A stretch of 53,177 nucleotides of DNA from a virus (taxonomy: Duplodnaviria > Caudoviricetes). The notes under the pieces were generated by a model that saw only the letters and a program-made list of their open reading frames with translations, was not told where the DNA came from and searched no databases. This document shows positions 9,244 through 17,779 of the stretch, in pieces. Each line of letters begins with the position of its first letter. Position 1 is the first letter of the stretch. Where the stretch lies: IMG/VR virus record IMGVR_UViG_3300020185_000063, positions 1 through 53,177 of that record; one strand, 5' to 3'. The position numbers were made by a program, and so were the translations under genes.

Positions 9244-9987
9244 ATGTTATACACGGTAACTAATAGTGGCTTACAGAATGGTAGGCCAACACAAATAGGT
9301 CAGAATACAATACCTAATATTGATTTAGGTGCAACTCATGTATTCACAATAGCTAATTTCACGACTGAAACAACTCCTCAGTATTCCGATCCTGAAGGAG
9401 ATGCTATGGCTTACATTGAAATATTAACTCTTCCTTCAGATGGAACTCTTAAATTAAATGGAGTAGCTGTAACGTTGAATCAACAAATATTTGCTGGTCA
9501 AATTACAACAGGAAACTTTGTATATGAAGCTCCTGCTACTGGAACTGCACAAGGGTATTCAGTTAATTTTCAATTCGACGCGGCCGATGTAGGATCTAAT
9601 TCATTAAGTGGATTAAATACAGGTTTTATGTTTATTGGAGTAGATGGTGTTGAGAATTTACCTCCTGATGTTATAGGTGACAAAACTATAAGTGTTCCTT
9701 TTGGAGATACTTATGTTTACTCTATGGCTGATTTTACAACAGGTACTACACCAGCTTATAATGATCCAGAAGGGGATCCACCATCTAAGTTAAAGATATT
9801 GGATTTACCAGATAGAGGCACTCTTGTATTTAATGGAACAAATGTTTCTGTTAATCAAGAGATTAATGCATCTGAAGTTAATGCAGGTTATTTAACATGG
9901 GTTCCAGACTTGATTGATAATCTAGCCGTAAATACAACGTTTAATTTTGCTGTCTCTGACACAGGCAGTGGGCAATTCAGTTCATAG
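9244..9987 (+). CDS. virion protein with two cadherin/Ig-like adhesin domains
   Basis: Two copies of FT-x2-TTP-x-Y-x-DPEGD...I-x2-LP-x2-GTL-x2-NG...F-x-F-x3-D-x-GS; paralogous to 8455-9198. Confidence 0.65.
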   Translation: MLYTVTNSGLQNGRPTQIGQNTIPNIDLGATHVFTIANFTTETTPQYSDPEGDAMAYIEILTLPSDGTLKLNGVAVTLNQQIFAGQITTGNFVYEAPATGTAQGYSVNFQFDAADVGSNSLSGLNTGFMFIGVDGVENLPPDVIGDKTISVPFGDTYVYSMADFTTGTTPAYNDPEGDPPSKLKILDLPDRGTLVFNGTNVSVNQEINASEVNAGYLTWVPDLIDNLAVNTTFNFAVSDTGSGQFSS

Positions 9988-9988
9988 T

Positions 9989-10378
9989 ATGGGGCAGATA
10001 ACAATGAGAAGTAGAGGGCAATTAATTGAAAATCCACCAGTCACTAATGGTAATATAGGATCTTTAATAGTATCAGATAATCCATGTCAATCTCAGTTTA
10101 GTTTTTCTGTAATAGTTGAAACTAATGTTTGGGTTGAATTTGATGTACCACTGTCATCTACTATTACAAAGATTGGCGGAGGAGCTTTTGTTAATGGAGA
10201 AACACTGGCAGCAAACCAAGGGTACTTATTAACCATGAATGGATATGTGTCTCCAATACCTTCTCAGAACACTTTAACTGACGCGTTTAGGATTAGAACT
10301 AAAGTTTCTAATGGTGGATCATTGTTGGATTCTGCAGAAGTAGTTCGAGATCATAATGGGGATTTATGTAGTCCTTAA
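9989..10378 (+). CDS. small beta-rich putative virion protein
   Basis: ATG at 9989 two bases after the previous stop; Ser/Thr/Gly/Asn-rich. Confidence 0.45.
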   Translation: MGQITMRSRGQLIENPPVTNGNIGSLIVSDNPCQSQFSFSVIVETNVWVEFDVPLSSTITKIGGGAFVNGETLAANQGYLLTMNGYVSPIPSQNTLTDAFRIRTKVSNGGSLLDSAEVVRDHNGDLCSP

Positions 10379-10410
10379 AAAAAATATACCTATTATTAGT
10401 GATAGAGATA

Positions 10411-10442
10411 TTTGACTTATATAATAAAAAAAACTATATTTG
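10411..10442 (+). promoter_or_regulatory. Bacteroidota primary-sigma-type promoter
   Basis: TTTG (10411-14), 20-nt spacer, TATATTTG (10435-42): full match to the -33/-7 consensus. Confidence 0.7.
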
Positions 10443-10463
10443 CCTGTAACTTAAAATAAATCT

Positions 10464-11591
10464 ATGTCAAACGATAAAGAATTAACTGCTAAAGAAAACA
10501 ACGAGTTAGATACAGTTAAGAAGTTTCTTCGAGAAAAAAGAGGATACTTAAAAAAAGGAAACGGAGCATGTGCTTACGCATTAATGAGAAAGTACAATGA
10601 GGCACATTCATTTAAAATTATCAAAAGAGCAAAGAAAGAAGTAAAGAAAGAGATTAAAGAAAGCAATACTGAAAGGATTTCAAGTAATTTAAACACAGGT
10701 GATGTAAAAATTACTAGAAGTATTGCAGAAGATTTTAGAGATCATTGCGTTGAGAATAGACAAAAACTAGAGAACACACCATTTGCTCCTACATTAGTTA
10801 AGAGGAAAAATCCAAAACTAGTACCTACTCCATCAATTGCAGATCAGGAAGGAATGCACATTCTATTAGGGTGTAATCACGTTCCATTCCACAACAAAAG
10901 ATTACATGCGGGCATTAGAAGATTAATGCGTGATTATAAATACAACATAAAAGGATTTCACTTAATGGGTGATTTTGCTGATATAAATACTTTATCTTCA
11001 CATGATAAAGGAAAATTCACAGCAGTGCCTGGATTAACTTTAGATATGGAATATGATGCTTGTAATGAAGAGTTAGATCTCTTTGAAGCAGAATTACCTT
11101 CTGGAGTTTGGAAGACTTACTTATATGGCAACCATGAAGACAGACACAATAGGTGGATGAATAATATGGATAATGCCAAAACACCTTTACTTTCTCCAAT
11201 GGACGGAATGCTATTAGAGGATAGAGGTTATCATGTAAAGAATAAATGGTCACAAGATTTCTTTAAGCTTGGGAATGATTTTGAAATATTCCACGGAATA
11301 TACTTCAGTATTCACAATGCTAAAGCTCACTTAGATAAGTTGAGAACATCTTGTGCATACGTACACACACATCGTATCCAGAACTATCGTGAAGGAACTA
11401 TGTCTGCGTATAATATTGGATCTTGTGCAGACTTCTGGTCAGCAGCATTTGGTTATGCTACTCGTCCAATGAAAGCACAATGGGCTAATGGGTTTGCAAT
11501 TAATATGATTGATGCTCAAGGAAGAAGTAATGTAACACAAATCTATGTTAATCCAGATGGAACATTCTGGTTTGGTGGTAGATTATATTAA
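10464..11591 (+). CDS. calcineurin-like metallophosphoesterase
   Basis: GDFAD, GNHED, FHG and HTH motifs in order; first motif reads C-N-H instead of D-x-H. Confidence 0.8.
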   Translation: MSNDKELTAKENNELDTVKKFLREKRGYLKKGNGACAYALMRKYNEAHSFKIIKRAKKEVKKEIKESNTERISSNLNTGDVKITRSIAEDFRDHCVENRQKLENTPFAPTLVKRKNPKLVPTPSIADQEGMHILLGCNHVPFHNKRLHAGIRRLMRDYKYNIKGFHLMGDFADINTLSSHDKGKFTAVPGLTLDMEYDACNEELDLFEAELPSGVWKTYLYGNHEDRHNRWMNNMDNAKTPLLSPMDGMLLEDRGYHVKNKWSQDFFKLGNDFEIFHGIYFSIHNAKAHLDKLRTSCAYVHTHRIQNYREGTMSAYNIGSCADFWSAAFGYATRPMKAQWANGFAINMIDAQGRSNVTQIYVNPDGTFWFGGRLY

Positions 11592-11599
11592 AATACACA

Positions 11600-12268
11600 A
11601 TGACAAAGAAAGAGATAATTTATACTATCTATGAGAAACTAGGGATTGCTACTGATGACACTCACATGTCTGAAGAGTTAATCTCTTCTCTTATTGATAC
11701 CAAGAGAGCAATGCTTCTTAAACAACAGTATGCTAAGAATGGGTGGCACATGCCAACAGAAATTAAGCAAGAGCTATGTATGGATGTTTCTTTAGTCGAG
11801 AAAGTTTCGGGATATACATGTGCTGGTAAAATACTCAGTACTTCCATTCCTCTACCCCGGAGCATAAAAATAAAAGGAAAAGAAGGCCCACTGATGGTTA
11901 GAAAGTCTGACAGTACAGTAATTGCCTTAAATATTATTCCTGTTGAAAGAGTTCCATTCTTATTTTCTAATCGATTCACACAGCACTTAAATTATTGTGC
12001 AGTAGACATGGATGGTAAGTTGATTTTAATCTCAAACAATAATGAGTTCAGGTTTTTAAAAAGTATCAAAGTTACTGATATATTTGAACAGCCTGATACT
12101 GTTCATTCTCTTGCATGTGATACACCAAATGTAGAACCATGGGATTTAGACTATCCAGTTGAGGTTGCAATGGTTGACGTAATAACTGACTTGGTTGTAA
12201 AAGAATTAACTAGAAGTCTAGGTATTCCAGAGGATAGAGTAAATGATGCAACTGATGAAAGAAAATAA
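11600..12268 (+). CDS. tail ring protein
   Basis: EIIYTIYE N-terminus, QELC...C pair, C-terminal P-x-D-x2-NDA-x-D; synteny before IHF-like and tail tubular genes. Confidence 0.55.
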   Translation: MTKKEIIYTIYEKLGIATDDTHMSEELISSLIDTKRAMLLKQQYAKNGWHMPTEIKQELCMDVSLVEKVSGYTCAGKILSTSIPLPRSIKIKGKEGPLMVRKSDSTVIALNIIPVERVPFLFSNRFTQHLNYCAVDMDGKLILISNNNEFRFLKSIKVTDIFEQPDTVHSLACDTPNVEPWDLDYPVEVAMVDVITDLVVKELTRSLGIPEDRVNDATDERK

Positions 12269-12776
12269 CGAGGAAGATATTAGAAATCATAGAGTTAAGT
12301 CAGACTATGGTAACTTTGATTACTTTAAACATTACAAGAGAGATTCTGATGGTAAACATACAGTAAATAGAGGTACTTTTTCCGATATACTTATGGAGTT
12401 TAATTCTCATGTTAGAGACAGGATTTCTAAAAAAGGAGCTGAATATATTATGCCAAGAAGAATTGGTAAGATACAGCTCAGGAAACTTAAAACTGAAATC
12501 AAGATTGATGATGATGGTAAAATTATAAATGAATTACCAACTAATTGGAAAGCAACAAAGGAATTGTGGGCTGAGAATAAGAAAGCTAAGGAAAATAAAA
12601 TAAGAATTAGATATACTAACGAGCATACTGGAGGTTATACTTTTAGAATATTCTACAAGAAATATAAAGCAAACTATAAAAACAAGAGTATCTATAAGAT
12701 GCAGTTTAATAGAGATATGAAACGAGAGTTATCAAAATCTATATTTGCAGGAAAGATAGATGCATTTTTAAGATAA
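12255..12776 (+). CDS. IHF/HU-like DNA-binding protein (crAss-like)
   Basis: Basic protein with MPRRIGKIQLRK, NWKATKELW and NEHTGGY motifs; conserved slot in the tail module; start approximate. Confidence 0.6.
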   Translation: MKENNEEDIRNHRVKSDYGNFDYFKHYKRDSDGKHTVNRGTFSDILMEFNSHVRDRISKKGAEYIMPRRIGKIQLRKLKTEIKIDDDGKIINELPTNWKATKELWAENKKAKENKIRIRYTNEHTGGYTFRIFYKKYKANYKNKSIYKMQFNRDMKRELSKSIFAGKIDAFLR

Positions 12777-12779
12777 GAC

Positions 12780-13490
12780 ATGGCAGATACACAAAACTTA
12801 GTAAGCATCAAACTAGTCGCTGATAGACTAATGCAAAACCCTTTAATGAAGGATCTGAATTATGAATTCATAGTTGACAATGCTATTGAAGTTCTAAGAA
12901 TACTTGGTGCACCAGCATTATATGTCACGCGAAGAGAGGGATTAAATGTTGAAAATTATAGAGCACTTAAGCCTATTGATATGTTAAAGATTGAAGGGAT
13001 TGCTAGAGTTGATGGAGTCGACAGACCTATTCCACTTACAGCAAGTGAAGATATTGCACAAGATTTTTTTCATGTCGGCAATTCTTTACCAACTAGAAAA
13101 GACCCTACATATTCACTTAACAGTAAGTACATAAATGTTAATTTCAAAAAAGGTAAGATTAATGTAATTTACAAAGCAGTAGCAACTGATGAAGAATGCT
13201 ACCCTTTAATACTTGATGATGCGATACTTTTAAGATGTGTACAATCTTACATTAAATGGAAATGGTTTGATATACTAAATGACATGGATATGATTAGTGA
13301 CAGAAAGCTAAGTAAGGCTGAGACTGATTATATGTTCAATGCAGGTCAAGCTGATGTAAGTCTTAAAATACCATCTGCAGATGAAATGGAAACATTAGTC
13401 AACACGATAACTCAATTAATTCCTAGCCGTACTTCCTTCTCAAGAAGATTTGAGTATTTAGGTCAGCAGGAACAATTAAGAATACACTAA
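12780..13490 (+). CDS. tail tubular / ring protein 1
   Basis: YKAVATDEECYPLI motif; between IHF-like and tail stabilisation genes. Confidence 0.6.
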   Translation: MADTQNLVSIKLVADRLMQNPLMKDLNYEFIVDNAIEVLRILGAPALYVTRREGLNVENYRALKPIDMLKIEGIARVDGVDRPIPLTASEDIAQDFFHVGNSLPTRKDPTYSLNSKYINVNFKKGKINVIYKAVATDEECYPLILDDAILLRCVQSYIKWKWFDILNDMDMISDRKLSKAETDYMFNAGQADVSLKIPSADEMETLVNTITQLIPSRTSFSRRFEYLGQQEQLRIH

Positions 13491-13491
13491 T

Positions 13492-16400
13492 ATGATCAAG
13501 AAACACATATCATCATACAAAGGTATGAGCAAGGATCTCGCGAGAGATTTACAGTCTGATAAATACTTCGACGCAAAGAACATTAGAATAATGGCAACTG
13601 ATCAAAAAAGTTCATTTGCTGTAACTAATGAAGCTGGTAATGAGCTTGTGTTTCAAATCCCTACACCTATATTTGATTTTAATAATACAAGAATTACTTA
13701 TGACGTAAACGGAGTAACAAAAGAGTTGAAATATACAACAAATTCTTCAGTAATACCTAGATGTAGACTGGAAGAAGATTATGTTGATACTTCAGCTATT
13801 CCTGTTGCTAAAACTTCTTTAGATCAAATAATTATAGGAGTAAAGGAGCTTAGAGATTCAGCGATATTTATAACCACAGATAATTTTGGATTTGATTGCT
13901 TTTGGGAACTGACTGGATTAGATAATGGAAATTACGATTTGAATTTACTTTATATGGGTAACTTAGGATTAAGTACCTCTAACCTAGTTCAAATTATTTA
14001 TAATTACGAAAACTCTGTTATTCAAAAAATATATTTTGTTGATGGTAAACACCAATTAAGGTATTTTAATATTAAACAAAGTGTTGAGAATGGAGATCTT
14101 GTTAACTTAATAGATCTTAATCCAGACGCTATAGATACAGTAAGTACATTTACATTATCACAACCAGAGCCAGACCAAGTAATTAGTGGTGGTAGTCACA
14201 CATCTGGTATGATTCAATATGCTTATGGGCTATACATACTTAATGGTGCACAAACAACTATCTCTCCAGTATCAGAATTGATACCTATTGACAAGGGCCC
14301 AAACTTAGGTGGAGGAGAGGTGAATGAAGTTTTAGGTCGTTCAGTAGTTGTAAATATACCATCGATCGATACGCAATTTACAAACATAAAAATATACTCA
14401 ATAAAATATACAGCTTTTAATGAAATCCCTGAGATTAAAATTATAGCTGATAGAGAGATTGACAACTTTGACAACTTTAGTGTTATTGATGATGGTACGT
14501 CAACAGAAACAATATCATTAGAAGCGTTTACATTCTTAGGATCTGCACCAATCATACCTCAACATATTATTACAAAAGATAATAGATTATTTCCAATCAA
14601 TGTTAAGCAACAAAGATTTATAGTTGACTTAGATATGAGAGCTTATTCTTATAGCTCAGGTGGATCTGCAGTAGTAATGGAAAATGTTTCAGTAGATGAT
14701 GCAAGTAATATTCAAGGAACTACTAGAACTGTTCCTGGTGATTTTAATATTCCGCCAAAACATGATTCTATTAATGCAGATTACGAAACATATAAATTTC
14801 AATCTAACGGAACAACTGTTGGAGCTGAAGGTAAGTATGTTAAATTAGAAATATTCCAAGCATCATTGTCTGACTCAGAAGCAAGAAACTATCAATTTTT
14901 AAAAGATAGAGAGCTTTATAGATTCGGACTTAAGTTCTATAATAGAAGAGGTCAGACTTCAGATCCTAAATGGATAGCTGATTTAAAAACACCTTCTGGA
15001 AATTTAGAAGGAGACTACAATCAATTAAGAGTCACTCTTACTGCTGACTTCTATGTATGGCTGAATGATAGCAGCAACTTTGAATCTGATGATGACAAGC
15101 CAATAGGATACAAAATATTAAGAGCTGATAGAACATTGTTAGATCAAACAATATATGCTCAAGGATTTATAAATCCAACAATAGCAAATTACAAGTCTAG
15201 GTCTAAAAATGTAAGCTATGCTGAGAGAGTAAGAAGAGTTAATAGCAATGAATCTGACATACTACCTAGTATGGTTAGAATGTTTGAGAGTCAGAAACCT
15301 ATGGTTAAATGTAAAGACTATCATTGCTTATCATGGATTTACGAAGATAGCAATTGTTTTTCATGCTGGGAAGGTGGTGTTCCTGGAATTGGAAGATATT
15401 TAGGATTATCAAGACAAAGATCTACTGAAGGGTTTAAGTCTTCAGATAGTCAAGACTTTGTTGCACAAAATTATCAGCACAGTCGACTAATGCAATTCTT
15501 TAGTCCAGAAGTATTATTTAGAAATGCTCAAATTGATGCTAGTTATAAATTAAGAGTTGTTGGTCTTGCAGAGCAAGATGATATAGCTAACTGGAGTGCT
15601 GAAGTAAATCCAGTAAATGCTAATAAAGATCAAGAAACAATATTTAAAGGTGGATTAACAACATCAACTTTAGGAGTTACTTATCAGATTATTTCTGGAT
15701 CACCAAGTAGCTTGTCAGATCAAGGTTTCTTTGGGCCAACTAATTCAGAAGGAAGAAGAGCAGAGCATCAGGTTTATAGAAGTTTTAATGGGACATATTA
15801 TCCTGCACCAAATGTAGATGAGTATGAAATATATGGAACTCCTGAGATTACTGAACACGCAGCAGATTTTAAAAGATATAATAATGACGGAGCTTTAAGA
15901 TATGCAAATAGCTTGAAGACAATGATTATGGATAATTGGAATTACTCTGCTGATGTGCATAAGGATGCAAATGTTCAAATACTTGGATGTAACACAAACG
16001 GAGCAAGATGTATTACATTTGCTCAAGGTCCAGACGATCCTACATTCCCATTAGAAAGTAGGATGACAATAGAAAGAATGCATGAACTTTCTAACATATC
16101 AGAAACTAAAGGTGTATTGATTGCTGAGTTCGTAAAAGATAATTCGGTGTTATACACAAGTAATATATATGGAGGAATGTCATTTGAAGCAAAAGCTAAT
16201 GCAACATATATTGAAATAGGTAAATTTCAAACTATCAACAATAGTACAATATTAATTGAATCTCCAGGAGATACTTTTGTCGACGTATTCACTTTCACAA
16301 AACTCGTTAAGGATGATTTAGAAATTAACTCTGAAAATTACAACTTATTATCTGAGATTGTATCAGTGAGAGTTGAGACTACTGTTGACCTTAAGAATAG

Positions 16401-17592
16401 AAATGATTTATCATTAGATGAATGGAATAACAGATACCAACCAAGATATGAGGAGTACACTAAGTATAATACTGTATATTCTCAACAACCTACACTAGTT
16501 AAATCTGTTGGATTAGGAAGCAAGATAAAGAAGGTTCAGGAGTTTGATACTCGAATCATGGCTTCAAAAGAAAAGATACCTGGAGAGTTTGTTGACTCAT
16601 GGACAGATTTCTTAGAGAATGAGACACTGGATCTTGATGGACAATATGGCCCAATCAACGCGGTAGTAAATATGCGTGACCAGGTATTCTGTTTACAAGA
16701 CACTGCGGTAGCACAAATTAGTATTAATCCTAGAGTTCAAATTAATCCAGAAGATGGAATTGGACTAGAGTTAGGTACTGGTGGAATACTTCAGGAATAT
16801 AGTTACAAAAGTACAGTGGCAGGATGCCTGAATAGATGGGGTGTAGTTAAGTCAGAAAATGCATTTTACTTTATAGATGCAATCAACAAAGGTATTATAT
16901 CATTTGACGGTAATGTAGGTAGATTATCTGATGCTAAAGGATTCCACCACGAATTACTTAATAGAATGAAATTAGAAGACTTGAGATTTGACAATCCTGT
17001 ATTAGGAAAAGGTGTTCAAGTAGGATACAATCCTGTAAACTCAGATGTTTACTTTTCATTTTTACAGTCAACAGATAGTTTTACATTAGGATTCAATGAA
17101 GTTTTAGGAGAATTTATCAGCTACTATGATTATGTACCAGCGTGGTATGTAAACAAAGGATCTGTTATGATGACTACTAATCCAAATAACAAACAGATAT
17201 GGGAGCACTTTAAAGGTGTGCCTAATAATTTTTATGGAACAAACTATAAGAGTGCTATTACATTACATGTCGCACCACAAGGTGACGAGATTATACTTAA
17301 TGGTGCTACTTACAAACTGGAGCTTACTAACCAAAATGGTGTTGAAGTCCCAAACAAAGGGTTAACTGGAGTTAGAGTCTATAACGAATATCAAGACTCT
17401 GGAGAAGTAGAATTAATATTAAGAACAAATGTTTGGAAGAAGTTTAGGAACTGGAAACTCAATTTCCCAAGACAGTCTGGCTCACGAGACAGAGTTAGGA
17501 GTGCTTGGGGATTTGCTGAGTTCTCATTTGATAATGCAGATGGCAACAAACTTATCCTGCATGACATAACAATTTTCTATACACAACACTAA
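13492..17592 (+). CDS. tail stabilisation (muzzle) protein
   Basis: 1366 aa beta-rich; GMSKD...YFDAKNIRI N-terminus, YRFGLKFYN, PGDTFV, DSWTDF, KKFRNW motifs. Confidence 0.75.
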   Translation: MIKKHISSYKGMSKDLARDLQSDKYFDAKNIRIMATDQKSSFAVTNEAGNELVFQIPTPIFDFNNTRITYDVNGVTKELKYTTNSSVIPRCRLEEDYVDTSAIPVAKTSLDQIIIGVKELRDSAIFITTDNFGFDCFWELTGLDNGNYDLNLLYMGNLGLSTSNLVQIIYNYENSVIQKIYFVDGKHQLRYFNIKQSVENGDLVNLIDLNPDAIDTVSTFTLSQPEPDQVISGGSHTSGMIQYAYGLYILNGAQTTISPVSELIPIDKGPNLGGGEVNEVLGRSVVVNIPSIDTQFTNIKIYSIKYTAFNEIPEIKIIADREIDNFDNFSVIDDGTSTETISLEAFTFLGSAPIIPQHIITKDNRLFPINVKQQRFIVDLDMRAYSYSSGGSAVVMENVSVDDASNIQGTTRTVPGDFNIPPKHDSINADYETYKFQSNGTTVGAEGKYVKLEIFQASLSDSEARNYQFLKDRELYRFGLKFYNRRGQTSDPKWIADLKTPSGNLEGDYNQLRVTLTADFYVWLNDSSNFESDDDKPIGYKILRADRTLLDQTIYAQGFINPTIANYKSRSKNVSYAERVRRVNSNESDILPSMVRMFESQKPMVKCKDYHCLSWIYEDSNCFSCWEGGVPGIGRYLGLSRQRSTEGFKSSDSQDFVAQNYQHSRLMQFFSPEVLFRNAQIDASYKLRVVGLAEQDDIANWSAEVNPVNANKDQETIFKGGLTTSTLGVTYQIISGSPSSLSDQGFFGPTNSEGRRAEHQVYRSFNGTYYPAPNVDEYEIYGTPEITEHAADFKRYNNDGALRYANSLKTMIMDNWNYSADVHKDANVQILGCNTNGARCITFAQGPDDPTFPLESRMTIERMHELSNISETKGVLIAEFVKDNSVLYTSNIYGGMSFEAKANATYIEIGKFQTINNSTILIESPGDTFVDVFTFTKLVKDDLEINSENYNLLSEIVSVRVETTVDLKNRNDLSLDEWNNRYQPRYEEYTKYNTVYSQQPTLVKSVGLGSKIKKVQEFDTRIMASKEKIPGEFVDSWTDFLENETLDLDGQYGPINAVVNMRDQVFCLQDTAVAQISINPRVQINPEDGIGLELGTGGILQEYSYKSTVAGCLNRWGVVKSENAFYFIDAINKGIISFDGNVGRLSDAKGFHHELLNRMKLEDLRFDNPVLGKGVQVGYNPVNSDVYFSFLQSTDSFTLGFNEVLGEFISYYDYVPAWYVNKGSVMMTTNPNNKQIWEHFKGVPNNFYGTNYKSAITLHVAPQGDEIILNGATYKLELTNQNGVEVPNKGLTGVRVYNEYQDSGEVELILRTNVWKKFRNWKLNFPRQSGSRDRVRSAWGFAEFSFDNADGNKLILHDITIFYTQH

Positions 17593-17611
17593 GTTTGTGT
17601 GATATAGAATA

Positions 17612-17642
17612 TTGACAAAAGATTCTTAATTTCATATATTTG
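17612..17642 (+). promoter_or_regulatory. Bacteroidota-type promoter upstream of cargo operon
   Basis: TTG (17612-14), 20-nt spacer, TATATTTG (17635-42). Confidence 0.65.
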
Positions 17643-17646
17643 TGAT

Positions 17647-17754
17647 ATGCGTCATAACAAGGAACAATTTAAAAGTATATTAAAACTGCTAGGAGGCTCT
17701 GTATTTGTCGGAGCTTTCGGCTTTGCAACAGCATGGTCAAATCGCATGTATTAA
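17647..17754 (+). CDS. putative 35-aa membrane peptide
   Basis: MRHNKEQFKSILKLLGGSVFVGAFGFATAWSNRMY; below ORF-track cut-off; basic N-terminus plus hydrophobic helix. Confidence 0.4.
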   Translation: MRHNKEQFKSILKLLGGSVFVGAFGFATAWSNRMY

Positions 17755-17779
17755 CAGTTAAGCATCAAAAAATTAAACC

